From Histomonas meleagridis 2922-C6/04-290x (Eukaryota > Protista > Parabasalia), in the NCBI GenBank assembly GCA_020184695.1, contig JAANOX010000142.1, positions 469,637-533,636 on the forward strand: a stretch of DNA of 64,000 bases. The letters run 5' to 3'. Below are positions 45,181 through 56,991 of this stretch, piece after piece. Position 1 is the first letter of the stretch, and each line of letters starts with the position of its first letter. The position numbers and the translations under genes were made by a program. The notes under the pieces are model-generated. The model ran no database searches, was not told where the DNA came from, and saw only the letters and a list, made by a program, of their open reading frames with translations.

Positions 45181-47453
45181 AAAAATATTTTTATATTTCA
45201 ATGTTAACATTAAATGTAAATTAAAAAGAATTTGTTATATTTAGTAAAAATTAATTAAAAATGATAATGAATTCGACGATGTAAAGAATATGTCAAATGA
45301 AGAAATTCAAAATTTATATAAACATTGATGAATGATATAATTAAAAATTATTTATATTTGAATGTGATTATCAAATTCATTATCTTGGAAATCATTCGCA
45401 AATGGATCTTCTTCAATATGATTCATGTGAAAGTTTATGATTTTGTGATCGATAACATTTCCTTCATTTTTATAATTTTCGTCATTTTCTTCGTTCATTT
45501 CGTTTTCGTCAAATGATGGTGAATTTTTTTTATGTTTTCGTAGATAAATATAAAGAATAAGAATAAAACAAAAAATGATTAGAACAATAATAACAACACA
45601 AATAATTATAAGAATATTATGTTCAGTATCATTTTGAAAATTTTCTTCGTTTTCGTTGATAATATAATAATATTTCGAATAAAAATGAATATGATATTAA
45701 ATATTGAATAATTGTATATTTATAAAATATGAATTCTGAATACGTGAAATAACGATTTAAATTACTAAATGTTAAATATAATGATTGCGAAAAAAATGTA
45801 TTAATAAGAAGTGTTTTCGTATTTGTTATAGTTTGAATTAATACAAATGAATAAGTTAAAGATTTATTATTTAGAAATGTTTCATAAAATGTATTCGATT
45901 TAGTAAATGTGTTTGATTTAGTAAATGTATTCGATTCAGTAAATGTATTCGATTTAGTAAATGTATTTGATTTAGTAAATGTATTTGATTTAGTAAATGT
46001 ATTCGATTCAGTAAATGTATTCGATTTAGTAAATGTATTCGATTCAGTAAATGTATTCGATTCAGTAAATGTATTCGATTTAGTAAATGTATTTGATTTA
46101 GTAAATGTGTTTGATTTAGTAAATGTATTCGATTTAGTAAATGTATTCGATTTAGTAAATGAATTTGTTGGTCTATTCAATGTAAAATTATAATGATATA
46201 TGTATAGAGTTTTAATTTCAGCAGAATCATATCGTTTATAAAATGTTTCTCCATTTATTGTTGCTTTAATTGTTAATTCTTCATATTTTTGTGCAAGAAC
46301 ATATACATTATAAACTCTTGTGCCTCGTGAAACATCATTCGTATATTCTCCATTCGTAATTTCATATTCATTAATAATGCTTGCATTGGAATCAGCACTG
46401 ACTGCAAGTGTCTTAACATTAAATGTGCCTTCGTGCTTTAATCCACTAATATAAAATCGCCAATTCGTTGATGATATTTCATTCGGATCGAATCCAGAAC
46501 CAAGTTGAATTGTAATTTCAAGTATTGGCGTTATAGTATACACTTGAATTTGAGGGCTTGATATTCCGTAATAAGTATATGATGTTCCTGCAAGGATGTT
46601 TAATTGTTCCTTTGCTGATGATGTTTGCACTACATTAGTATTAATAATTTTATATCCTTGTGAATTCACATCTGAAAAATATGGATAATATACAGTAAAG
46701 GTTATTGTTTCATCTCGATCTTCAAAATAAATACCACTTCGTATCATATCATTACTCCAAGTGCATTGCTTATTTATGTACTTAAATTCCATGTCACTCC
46801 TGGGTGCATCAACAATTGTAAACCCAAATTTGTCACCGGTTTGGAATCTTCCATAAGAAATAAGCTCAAACCAAATTGTATCGTCTGACGCAAGAAGTTT
46901 TTCGTTCTTATTATTCATTTGCACATCAGTGTCATCGATTTTATCATCATTTTTGTTGAAAATTAAACGAAAATTTTCATTTAAATTAGATGTTTGTATG
47001 TTAGAAATGGAATTTTTGTTATAATTATCATACAGCTTTTTGTTTTTTTCTTCGAATATATTATTTTGTGTTTTATTGTGTTTGAAGAATCGAAAAAAAT
47101 CTTTCGAAATTTTAAAATTTGATTGATGTAAATCTGAATTATTTGCAACACATGAAGCATCACTGCTAAATATAATAATCAATATACTTAATACGATATT
47201 CATTTGCAGCACATTAAACTGTAAAACGATGCACATAGTCAAATCATTTTGAGAGGAATCGATCGTTAAGGAAGGGGCCCGACCAGATATGTATTGAAAA
47301 TAGAGTGTTTGAGGTATGAATATCTCTATAAATAGATAATATCTATAAATTATATTTACATGATGTTTCAACAGAGATATGGAGCATATAATTCCAGAAT
47401 ATCGAGAAAACTATTTTGTTGACTTCACCATCAAATAACCTTCGAAATAAGGG
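45181..47453 (-). repeat. Duplicated segment, arm E
   Basis: Direct repeat of arm D and of arm B. Confidence 0.9.
45352..47203 (-). pseudogene. Surface protein copy E, (T-K/E-SNTF)x15 stalk, 1-nt frameshift before the TM
   Basis: ORF 45629-47371; array 45887-46156 (270 nt); extra base in an A/T run near 45683. Confidence 0.75.
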
Positions 47454-50183
47454 CTATAAAAGTATACGATTTTGGAATGAATAGTTTATACATTGAAAAA
47501 GTTATTGTTAAATTTAGCGCCATTTCTACCAACGAAGAAGCATCTCTAACATCACTAATCTCATGCTCATCGCTAATTTTAATGCTCATAACTAAATGCA
47601 TATTTATTGCTAATTACCTGTTCATCATCAATTGCACTCATCACGCACAAAATTCTTTTCAATTTTGACCCATTTCTATTATTTTTTGACCAACTCTCAG
47701 CAAGAAATCCTAAGCATTGCAATGTTTTCTTCACCTGCACACTCACCTTTGATTTACATGAATTCATCCAATCTCAGAGTTGTTGACGGGTGTGCTGATC
47801 TCCAACAGAAAAGAAGAAAAGAAAGAGGAAGAAGAATTTATAGAGTTGGTATGTGATTTTGATGATCTCTTCGATTCAATAAAATATGAATTATTCAAGA
47901 CTCTGTTTTTTATTCTCAGTCGTTGGTGGTATTTGCATTAAAGGTAAGTAATATATCTTCGAAAATTGGAATGAATATAAAGAATCTCTAATTTAGTGCC
48001 TAATTATATTTTTTGATGGAACCTTGAATAACATTTCAATAAAATAGATCAAGGATGCATTTTATCACCAAAGTCATTGACATCTTTTTTGAAAAAAAAA
48101 AAAAAACTTGTCAGATCTCATTCCGTCGGAAAAAACCGCAAATAAAGTATGTAAAATATTCACTTTAATTCAAAATATTCTATGAGATTATTCATTCATT
48201 TCTTGTATCACACGGCCGGTTTATTAAATCTAAAAAATCGTCAGTATCGGTTTCACTTTTTGAATATGATTTTTTATAAATAACGATCGAGGGCTATCGC
48301 TTATAACGGTTAATTAAATGAAGATTTATGTATTGAACGAACTGAAAACTGAAGGGAAATTAAATGATATAATCTCCGATTTTGCATTGAATAGAACTCA
48401 ATAAATACTGTATATAATTTTATAAAAATAACGCCATTTATCTTTGCAGACAATTCTTTACAATTCCTATTGAGTAAATTTTCAATTTAAATTATTTTTT
48501 TTAGAATCTAATTTTTAATTGCGAATTATCATATGAAATTATAAAAATTAATCAAAATTTCAAATATTTGATATATCCCGTTTATCAAAATCATAATTAT
48601 GCAATCAGAACACTTCGATAGCAATTATGTCATTTTTTACAAATTTGAAAATTTAGCAATTTTCAAATGAATAGATCTCCATCAATTCTAGAGAATTAAG
48701 TATTTTGATCATATTATAATATTCTTCAGCATCTGCGAAATAATTCCTATAGACTAAAATTTAGATTTAGGTCTTCATTGCCTCAAAATATTTTAAATCA
48801 AACTTTTGAATGCAAAAAAAAAGTTTTCAAATTAATGATACATTTGAGTTCAGCTCGAAGAATAAAATAAAATGTTGGGGGGATGAAGGTTTTATATGAT
48901 CTCAATGTATGAAATATCGAAAATGTGCAAAATTAAATATCGTCATTTTTCAAAGATATTTATACAATCATGAAGTGTGTACAAAATTATAATTTTTTAT
49001 ATTTAGAATTGATTAAAAATATTTATTACATATTGCATAAAACGCGAATTTTTAGTGTCATAAAATCCCCCATTCAATTGCATTCAATATTTCTGTATTT
49101 TGTACGTTAAACCCTCAGAAATCACCACTCCTCAAAAAAATTACGAATTTGGGCGAGACAAGGGTATTTTAATGTTTGCAAATTTAATTTAACATATGTT
49201 TATGTTTATGATCGTTTTTATTTGTTCATAACCGGTAACGGAAATGAACGAACCGTAAACGAAAGAGTACTTTTACTATATAACCTCCACGATACAAAGG
49301 AAGTCCTACCAGTTAAAAACAAATTCTAATATCATACTATCAATCGAATATGATGCATCAAAAATATTCTGAATATTCCGTATATCCATATCATTTCTGT
49401 GTAATTGATAAAATAATTAAACATTATTTTTTACATTGAATTTTCTTATATATCATCATTGATACTTTATTACCTAATTCTCTCTATATTTTTCTATACT
49501 CACCTCTAGAAATTTTTTTACTAATCATTAATTAAAATTGTATTAAAAAAGTTTTTTATAACTTTAACAAATTCATCGAAAATTATTTTGGAATATTCGA
49601 CTTTTTTCCATATATCTTTCACCAATATTATATGGGGATCTACCTTCGACCATATTTTTTACAACAAAGTATTTATAAAAAAAAATTTTTCTTATATTAT
49701 ATGATACTTCTATTTCTGATTAAATCTCTTTTATGGATAAAGATGACTATTCATTAAATACTATCATGATTTTATTAATTTTATCAAATTTGAGCATTTT
49801 GCCACACCAAAAATCATTGTAAATTAGGTTATCTAAAAAAAATTTCTAGAATATTATTTAGAACTTGTAAAAGAAAGACTAAATTCAAGAAAAAAAGTTT
49901 TTGTTTTTCTTTAAATTAATTGATACCATATTCTTTGTAGAAAATTATATTTGATGGAATTTTTGAGTTCCAACTCTTTCATTCATTTGAAAATCAAAAA
50001 AGTGATGATTTTGAGTGGGGAGAAAAAATTCAATCACTTATATTTCAACAAGTGAACAAAATTTTTAAAAAATAATAAACGCACATCGAGTTCATTCATT
50101 ATAGTTTTTATTCAATTATTTTTCTTGATCAAGAGGATGTCGAGAAAAGGAGGTGGGGTAAGGACTTTTTGCACCCCCTATAT

Positions 50184-50890
50184 TTATATTTGAATGTGAT
50201 TATCAAATTCATTATCTTGGCAATCATTCGCAAATGGATCTTCTTCAATATGATTCATGTGAAAGTTTATGATTTTGTGATCGATAACATTTCCTTCATT
50301 TTTATAATTTTCGTCATTTTCTTCGTTCATTTCGCTTTCGTCAAATGATGGTGAATTTTTTTTATGTTTTCGTCGATAAATAACAATAATAAGAATCAAA
50401 CAAACAATGATTATAACAATAATAACAACACAAATAATTATAAGAATATTATTTAGAAATGTTTCATAAAATGTATTCGTATTTGTTATAGTTTGAATTA
50501 ATACAAATGAAAAAGTTAATAATTAACTATTTAGAAATGTTCCATAAAATGTATTCGATTTAGTAAATATGTTTGTAAATGTATTTGATTTAGAAAATGT
50601 AATCAATTAAGTAAATATGTTTGTAAATGTATTTGATTTAGTAAATGTATTTGATTTAGTAAAAATATTTGATTTCGTGAATGTATTAGATCCAGTAAAT
50701 GTATGTGTTGCCCAAAGATATTGATCACATTCAGGGGTTGGTGTAATTCTTAATACACTCAGCGTTCCAAATGTTGATTATTGATATAAATCTGATGTCA
50801 TAACATATTTTGCTGGCACACTATTGTAGGCATTTGAACTCACAGTAAGTGCTTCATTACCTGTGGAATATATACAAGTAAAGTTAAGAA
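50184..50890 (-). pseudogene. Surface protein fragment F: BspA-like C-cap plus degenerate TxSNTF stalk, TM and EEDPFAND tail
   Basis: Reads IYSTGNEALTVSSNAYNSVPAKYVMTSDLYQ*STFGTL...TGSNTFTKSN; the tail is near-identical to copies B/D/E. Confidence 0.7.
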
Positions 50891-51169
50891 TTTAGGATGT
50901 AATTTTGACAAAGTAATTAAATCAAAAAGTCATCAAAAACGTTTATTTCAAACAACAGGATTAATATTTTTTACGGGTTCTCAAAATACACATGAAATAA
51001 CATTTCAAAATTTCCATATTGACGCATTCCTCTAAGTTGGCCTAATTCCTGAAGAAAATCGAATAATTAATCTTTTTTTCTTATTAAATTTCCCTATAAA
51101 AACGGAACTGTTCTTCTCCCACTAAGTGGAAAGTACTTCATGCGAAAATTCATTAAATTTATTGATATT

Positions 51170-52540
51170 TTACTCATTTATTAATGCCATAATTTGTATA
51201 GCTCTCTCTAAGAGATCACTTATATTGACCTTTTTCTTAATTTTATCGAACATTTCCGCGAATTCATCATAATTTATTGGATTTGTTTCACTAATTTCAG
51301 GTGCGGTCAATATCAGAAGTGAAATAACTAAAGCTTTAAAGCATAAAACTTTATCCTTTATATCTAAAATAGATATCCAAAGTTTTAATGTTTCTTCTGT
51401 TGATTGTGATATATCAATAAACCATTTACTACAATCATCAATTAAGAAATCTAATGTTTTCACATTCTTCTGTGCCAATAATTCCAATATTTCATGGAAC
51501 TTTTCGTTGATCTTTTTGCCGGCGTCGATTAGCATCGGCTTGATGTATTTTTGATGTCCAAACAACTTAAGTGCATTGAATTCGCCTTTTTCATAAAAAT
51601 CTACAAAAATATTAAAAACATCTTCTTCACATTTGTCAGAATCACAATCTTCCCCATATTGAAGAATATGAGCCCTTAAGAATGGATATAAAAGTTCGAC
51701 TTGACCGTTAAAGTAATAGGCCCCGTCCCAATTGTAGAAGGAGTACGTTAATAAAATATTAAACGTAATTTTTTGGAATTTGTTTGGATTAGAAAGTGTA
51801 TTAATCCCAAGTTTATCACTTCGATTAATAATGTCATCTTCGATACTTCGGATAAGTGAATCAAGATTTGGATATTGATCAAATTGATCTGGAATGATAA
51901 TGAGTTTCCACTGATTTTTAATGGAGGAATATGGAACTCCTCCTGTGGGAATATCACTGCTTAGAACTTGATTAACAAGGTCAAATGAATTGTTTTTGAT
52001 TTCAGGATTATAGATTTGTGGATTAATTATTAAATCATTAAGTTTATTGGAAATATCAATTTTTTCTTTAAATAAATTTTCAAGGCGTTCAAGGGAAACT
52101 CTTTTGGATGGGTTAAAATCAGTAACTGGTGGTAAAATTGTTGATTGGAAATCACCTTTCCCATATTCAATAGGCTGAAGAATAAATATATATGGATTTT
52201 CTTTGGAACAAATAACGTGAGCTTTCTGTCCCAAATAATCCATGAATTTGGATATATCCTTTTTTTCTTTAAAATAAAATGTACAATTTATTTGAGGGTT
52301 TGAACTTAAAAATGAAATATACTCTTCTTTCTCAGGATCACGTTCGAACGAAGAAAATTCACTGAGGTTAAAATACATTTCTGGTAATTGTGTTGGATTT
52401 CTTCGTTGATTTTTTTCAGTTTCAGGGAAAAAAGAAAATGAAATATTTTCATTTGCATGTTGAACACGAAGTTGGCCAGATATTTTTTTCTTAGAATAAT
52501 TTATAAATTCTACATTAACATTTGGGTCTTGAATTGACAT
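51170..52540 (-). CDS. TBC/Rab-GAP domain protein (TBC1D15/17-like architecture), degenerate catalytic motifs
   Basis: PH-like N-terminus; SIEDDIINRSD, LLTYSFYNWDGAYYFNGQVELLYPF, KWF, LKLW; ATG at 52540. Confidence 0.7.
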   Translation of the reverse strand: MSIQDPNVNVEFINYSKKKISGQLRVQHANENISFSFFPETEKNQRRNPTQLPEMYFNLSEFSSFERDPEKEEYISFLSSNPQINCTFYFKEKKDISKFMDYLGQKAHVICSKENPYIFILQPIEYGKGDFQSTILPPVTDFNPSKRVSLERLENLFKEKIDISNKLNDLIINPQIYNPEIKNNSFDLVNQVLSSDIPTGGVPYSSIKNQWKLIIIPDQFDQYPNLDSLIRSIEDDIINRSDKLGINTLSNPNKFQKITFNILLTYSFYNWDGAYYFNGQVELLYPFLRAHILQYGEDCDSDKCEEDVFNIFVDFYEKGEFNALKLFGHQKYIKPMLIDAGKKINEKFHEILELLAQKNVKTLDFLIDDCSKWFIDISQSTEETLKLWISILDIKDKVLCFKALVISLLILTAPEISETNPINYDEFAEMFDKIKKKVNISDLLERAIQIMALINE

Positions 52541-52633
52541 TTTGCATTTAAACAAAGTAGGTCAAATTTAAAAGGGCGCCCCGATAATATTTGATAAGTT
52601 TATATTTGCCTGTGCGGATGATAAACCGCATTA

Positions 52634-53785
52634 ATGTACACATTAAACCCAGTTACAAGGAAACTACCAAATTTTAAAGATACACTCAAAGCAGCAATAA
52701 ACGGAGTTGAATTAGATCATGATCAATTAGTTACTTTAATTCAAGCAAATACATTAGAAGAAAGAAAATCTCTTCAAGAAGCTGCCGGTAAACTAACACA
52801 AAAAATGTTCGGAAACAAAGTTTTTATGCGTGGGATTGTTGAGTTTTCTAATGCATGTGAAAAACGGTGTAATTATTGTGGTGTTACAGCATACGACCAA
52901 AAATTTTTAATTTCACAAGACTCCATTCTAGAATGTTGCGATTACATGTACAAAAAGGGCTATCGAAATTTAGTCCTTCAATCTGGTGAAGTTACGTCTG
53001 ATTCACGTATTAATTGGATCTGTGAACTTTTAGACAAAATTAACGAAAAGTATACATTCAAACCTGATGTTGGTATGTGTGTAGTTCTCAGTATTGGTGA
53101 ATTATTAAGAAGACAATATCAAAAATTGTATGATCATGGAGCAAAGCGATATCTTCTCCGCATTGAATCATCCAACAAAGAGCTCTACCAATCTATGCAT
53201 CCGCCAGATCACCTTTTTGAACGGAGGCTTGAATGCTTGAGAGACTTGAAGGAAATTGGATTTGTCACCGGTACGGGGGTTATGGTTGGGGTACCCCGAC
53301 AAACGTTCGATCATCTAGCACAAGACGTTGCCTTCTTTCGTGATAATGGATTTCATATGATAGGCCTTGGCCCATATGTTATTCATAAAGATACTGTTAT
53401 GGGAAAGCCTCTTCTTAAAATTGACTTAGCCGAAAGAAAGAAAATAGATCAACGAAAAGTCGAAGTCACTTTAAATATGTATAACGTAATAAGATTGCAA
53501 TGTCCTTATGTTAACATTGCAGCTACAACAGCATTGGAAGCACTAAATCCAGGTTCTAAGGAACTTGCATTAACTGGTGGATCAAACGTTCTAATGCCAA
53601 TTATTACACCAAAACAATATCGATCGAATTATCAGCTTTATGAAGGGAAAAAGGAAATAGATATGGATCGAGAGCAAACACATCAAATGGTAATTGAACT
53701 GTTAAAGAAAATTGGTAAAGTACCAGAATTTAATAGATGGAATCACCCGCCGCTATTCATGCGTCAACATAAATTTACAAAATAA
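52634..53785 (+). CDS. hydE: [FeFe]-hydrogenase maturase HydE-type radical SAM protein
   Basis: CEKRCNYC (CxxxCxxC), RYLLRIES, TGVMVGVP, GSNVLMPIITPKQYRSNYQLYEGK. Confidence 0.85.
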   Translation: MYTLNPVTRKLPNFKDTLKAAINGVELDHDQLVTLIQANTLEERKSLQEAAGKLTQKMFGNKVFMRGIVEFSNACEKRCNYCGVTAYDQKFLISQDSILECCDYMYKKGYRNLVLQSGEVTSDSRINWICELLDKINEKYTFKPDVGMCVVLSIGELLRRQYQKLYDHGAKRYLLRIESSNKELYQSMHPPDHLFERRLECLRDLKEIGFVTGTGVMVGVPRQTFDHLAQDVAFFRDNGFHMIGLGPYVIHKDTVMGKPLLKIDLAERKKIDQRKVEVTLNMYNVIRLQCPYVNIAATTALEALNPGSKELALTGGSNVLMPIITPKQYRSNYQLYEGKKEIDMDREQTHQMVIELLKKIGKVPEFNRWNHPPLFMRQHKFTK

Positions 53786-54058
53786 ATTTTATAGGTTATA
53801 TACATTTTATATTCAAGTGAAAATTATTTTTCTTTTAAAATGATTCTGAGAATATATTTTAGCGAAAATAGCAGATGTTCTCATATTATCTAGTTTCAAT
53901 TTAAATGTGAAGTACTTTGTAGCAAAATTTGGTATAGTGTTAATACATCTTGTGGTACAATTATCATGGCGCTGTTGATAATCTTAATCCAAATAAAGAA
54001 GAAGCAATTATTAAAGTTAATGTGTTAATTCTTAATTCTTTAGAAGATAGAGAAAATT

Positions 54059-54511
54059 ATGGAAATTAAATTATTTGATGCATCATCTTTGCAAGAAAAT
54101 ATTAACATTTTGGAATCAGCTGAAAAGCATATTGATGAAAATGAACTTAACCAAAATAAAAATGAATCAATTAATTCATTAACATATCTTAGTGATACAA
54201 TAAGATTAAATTATGAAGAAAGAATATGCAATACAAATGACAAAGTAACAATCTACACATTATTTACAGAAGCTAAAGACGAAGAACTTAAACAATTACA
54301 TAATAATAAAGAAAGCACAATTCAAACACTTATTCCAGTAACAAATCTTAACGAAACAATCAAAAAGAATTACGAAGAGTTAATCGATAAATAAGAACTT
54401 GATTTAATCAATGAAGAGATCAAAGCTGAACACGACGAACTTAAACTGATTCATATGAAGCAAAATGCTAAACACGCACTGAAAGACTTTAACTTAAACG
54501 ACCTCAAGTAG
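54059..54511 (+). pseudogene. Short coiled-coil-like ORF with an internal TAA
   Basis: The frame continues 38 codons past TAA 54392-54394 to TAG 54509-54511 with similar composition. Confidence 0.4.
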
Positions 54512-55087
54512 TAAATCAGTAAGTTAGAAAATGCCAATACATAGAAGAGTTTAACCAAATTCTGAATTAAATGGGTAGTTAGATGGCCCAAACAATACAA
54601 TACAAATTACAATGGGTAAATGTGTGCTAATCATAGGAATTATAGCTGTGGTACTTCGCCTAGAAAAAAGAATTTGGCAAATAAGATAATCTTGATAGAG
54701 AAAGTAACCCGTAATAAAACAAAACCAAATAATGTGGAAGTAAATATTTAATATATGAATTTCATTATAATGATGAAGATACAATATGTCATATATACTT
54801 TATGAGATGAGTTATATTTATTTTAATAGCAATTAGTTAGAGTGAACTACTTGGCTCTCGTTTTGGTATAAATCTAACAGATTACGAAAAATATTGAGAA
54901 ATAAATGGCAGTTTATATAAATTTTGATCAAAATTAAAATCTTTTCATGCAAGTAATGAAATTGGTAAAATGTTTTTTAGCTGATATTTTTTCTCAACAA
55001 ATTTTTTTATTCCAATTTAGGTCTGTTTAACCTATTTATTTTATATTGATTCACAAAAAAAAGAATTATAATATATTACATGGTTTT

Positions 55088-55089
<2 letters not shown>

Positions 55090-55124
<35 letters not shown>
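55090..55124. repeat. (AT)n microsatellite, ~17 units
   Basis: Direct reading. Confidence 0.95.
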
Positions 55125-55128
<4 letters not shown>

Positions 55129-55131
55129 AGT

Positions 55132-56901
55132 TCATTCTTCAGTTTCATCTAAGAACGCTTCATCCGCTGCTGTCAATGGGTTTGCTGACCATATTATCAT
55201 ATGTCTTTTATTAGCTCTTTCACGCGCAATAGTTTTTTCGCTTTGTTTTTTCTTTTCCATCAACTTTTCCTGTTTCTTTTTCGCATTTTCCTTTCCTTTT
55301 CTTTCCAATATTTTTTCCTCTCTATTCACCAAGAAACCCGTTCTCTCCACAGTGTTTCTTAGTCTCGCATAATATTCCGCCAATTTTTCTTGTTCTTCTG
55401 CGTATTCTCTTCTTTTTCTTTCTTCTATATCTTCTTTTTCTATTTGAACCTTTTGTTCCAATTTCCTTAAAATCGGTGTCATTGCTTTACTTATCTCTTT
55501 TTGTTTCCATTTACGTTCATCTTCTTCTTTTTCTTCTATTTCTTTTTGCATTTCACGTAGAGCTAACTTTTGCTTTATGTGTTGATTCCTCATTTTTACT
55601 GCTTTAGTTTCATGTGGATCGAAATATGTTTTTCTTTTTGTTGTATAACCGATTTCTCCTTCTGTTTCAGTCAGAAATTCGTCTGGAATTGAGAAATTTG
55701 TACTTTCGTCATCTTCATAATCATTATTAAATGTTGACGAAAATTCGAAGTCATTATTTGGCGCTTTAAATTCGGTAACTTCTTGCGAATTTTGTAGTTG
55801 TTCATTTAAATATGTTAAACACGATTTTCGATCTGTTAATTGTTGTTCAGTTGTTGAGTTAAATGTAAACGTAATTGTGGAATTATTCGGTGTTTCTTTC
55901 TTATGTTGATACATTTCGGGATGTTTCACACAGTTTGGCGCATTGTTTGGTATAACTTTCTTCTCGACATGTGCAATTGGTTGAATTGGCGTAGATGGCA
56001 TTTTTCTGATTTTTCGTTCTTTGTAAAAAGTTTGTTGAGTTTTCGCTGGCGTTCTTTCATGTTCTTGTTTAGGTCTACTAAGAAATTCGGGCGGATTGTC
56101 TTTGATTTCTTTATATTTATATGGTTTGAATTTTGGTTTTGTTTCAATTGGAACTTTTGGACGTTGACGAATTGGTTGTGTTGATGGTGTAAATTGTTTG
56201 TGTTTTGGTTTGGTTTGTTTTGTTGATGTAATCGTTTTTGTGTTGGTTGGCTTAGGCTTGGGATGTCTTCTTTCATTAAATTCCATATAATCAGCTGGCA
56301 TTCGAACTTTCGTTTTTTTCATCGCAACAATTTCTGGTGGCGTTTCGCGTTTGTGGGTGTTACGTGAGTTTAATTCTTCATATCTCTTTTGCGAAATTGG
56401 TGGGATGTAATCAAAATTAAGAAATACATGATTTAATTGATCGTCTTTGGTGGTTGTATTTGTAGTTGATTTGTTTTCCGTTTCGGTTTTGGTATCAGTG
56501 CTTGTTGATTCTACTTGACATTGTGATGGAATATCATCAGAATCACTGAAATATTGGTACTTCATGGAACTCCTAGCTTGAGAAGCAAGTTTTTCTGACA
56601 TTTGCATTCGATGAACACTGTTATAATGTAGTGTTGTTAATAATTCGAGATCATCAGCAAGTGTAGAACATTTAGAATTTTGTGTTTTTAAGTAAGATCT
56701 ATCATTAAAATTACTTTCGTGCATAAGTTTTTCATCATTTGTATGAAATCTAATATCTGAGGAGTCAGATTCAAAATCAGATGAATCATCAATAACATTT
56801 TGATTTGTTTCATATTCTTCATCTGCTGAAGATCCATTAATTATATCTATTTGATTATAGTCAGGTTGTGAAACAAACCATGAAGTGCTAATATTCTTCA
56901 T
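55132..56901 (-). CDS. Hypothetical protein 589 aa, P/K/T-rich disordered middle, C-terminal coiled coil
   Basis: Long ORF divergent from the ankyrin gene (90-nt gap). Confidence 0.8.
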   Translation of the reverse strand: MKNISTSWFVSQPDYNQIDIINGSSADEEYETNQNVIDDSSDFESDSSDIRFHTNDEKLMHESNFNDRSYLKTQNSKCSTLADDLELLTTLHYNSVHRMQMSEKLASQARSSMKYQYFSDSDDIPSQCQVESTSTDTKTETENKSTTNTTTKDDQLNHVFLNFDYIPPISQKRYEELNSRNTHKRETPPEIVAMKKTKVRMPADYMEFNERRHPKPKPTNTKTITSTKQTKPKHKQFTPSTQPIRQRPKVPIETKPKFKPYKYKEIKDNPPEFLSRPKQEHERTPAKTQQTFYKERKIRKMPSTPIQPIAHVEKKVIPNNAPNCVKHPEMYQHKKETPNNSTITFTFNSTTEQQLTDRKSCLTYLNEQLQNSQEVTEFKAPNNDFEFSSTFNNDYEDDESTNFSIPDEFLTETEGEIGYTTKRKTYFDPHETKAVKMRNQHIKQKLALREMQKEIEEKEEDERKWKQKEISKAMTPILRKLEQKVQIEKEDIEERKRREYAEEQEKLAEYYARLRNTVERTGFLVNREEKILERKGKENAKKKQEKLMEKKKQSEKTIARERANKRHMIIWSANPLTAADEAFLDETEE

Positions 56902-56991
56902 TTTTTAAGATTTTGTTTTTAACGTACATCTTCTTTGTATACTTTACCTAAAAAATTGAATTTCACTAAGTTTGTTAAGTTACATTTTTAA

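Noticed and set aside
45909-46193. Antisense ORF (VNVFDL)n
   Set aside because: Stop-free shadow of the 18-bp stalk array.
50155-50177. GGGGT...ACCCC mini inverted repeat beside fragment F
   Set aside because: Only 5 bp of pairing, and no partner end or TSD was identified.
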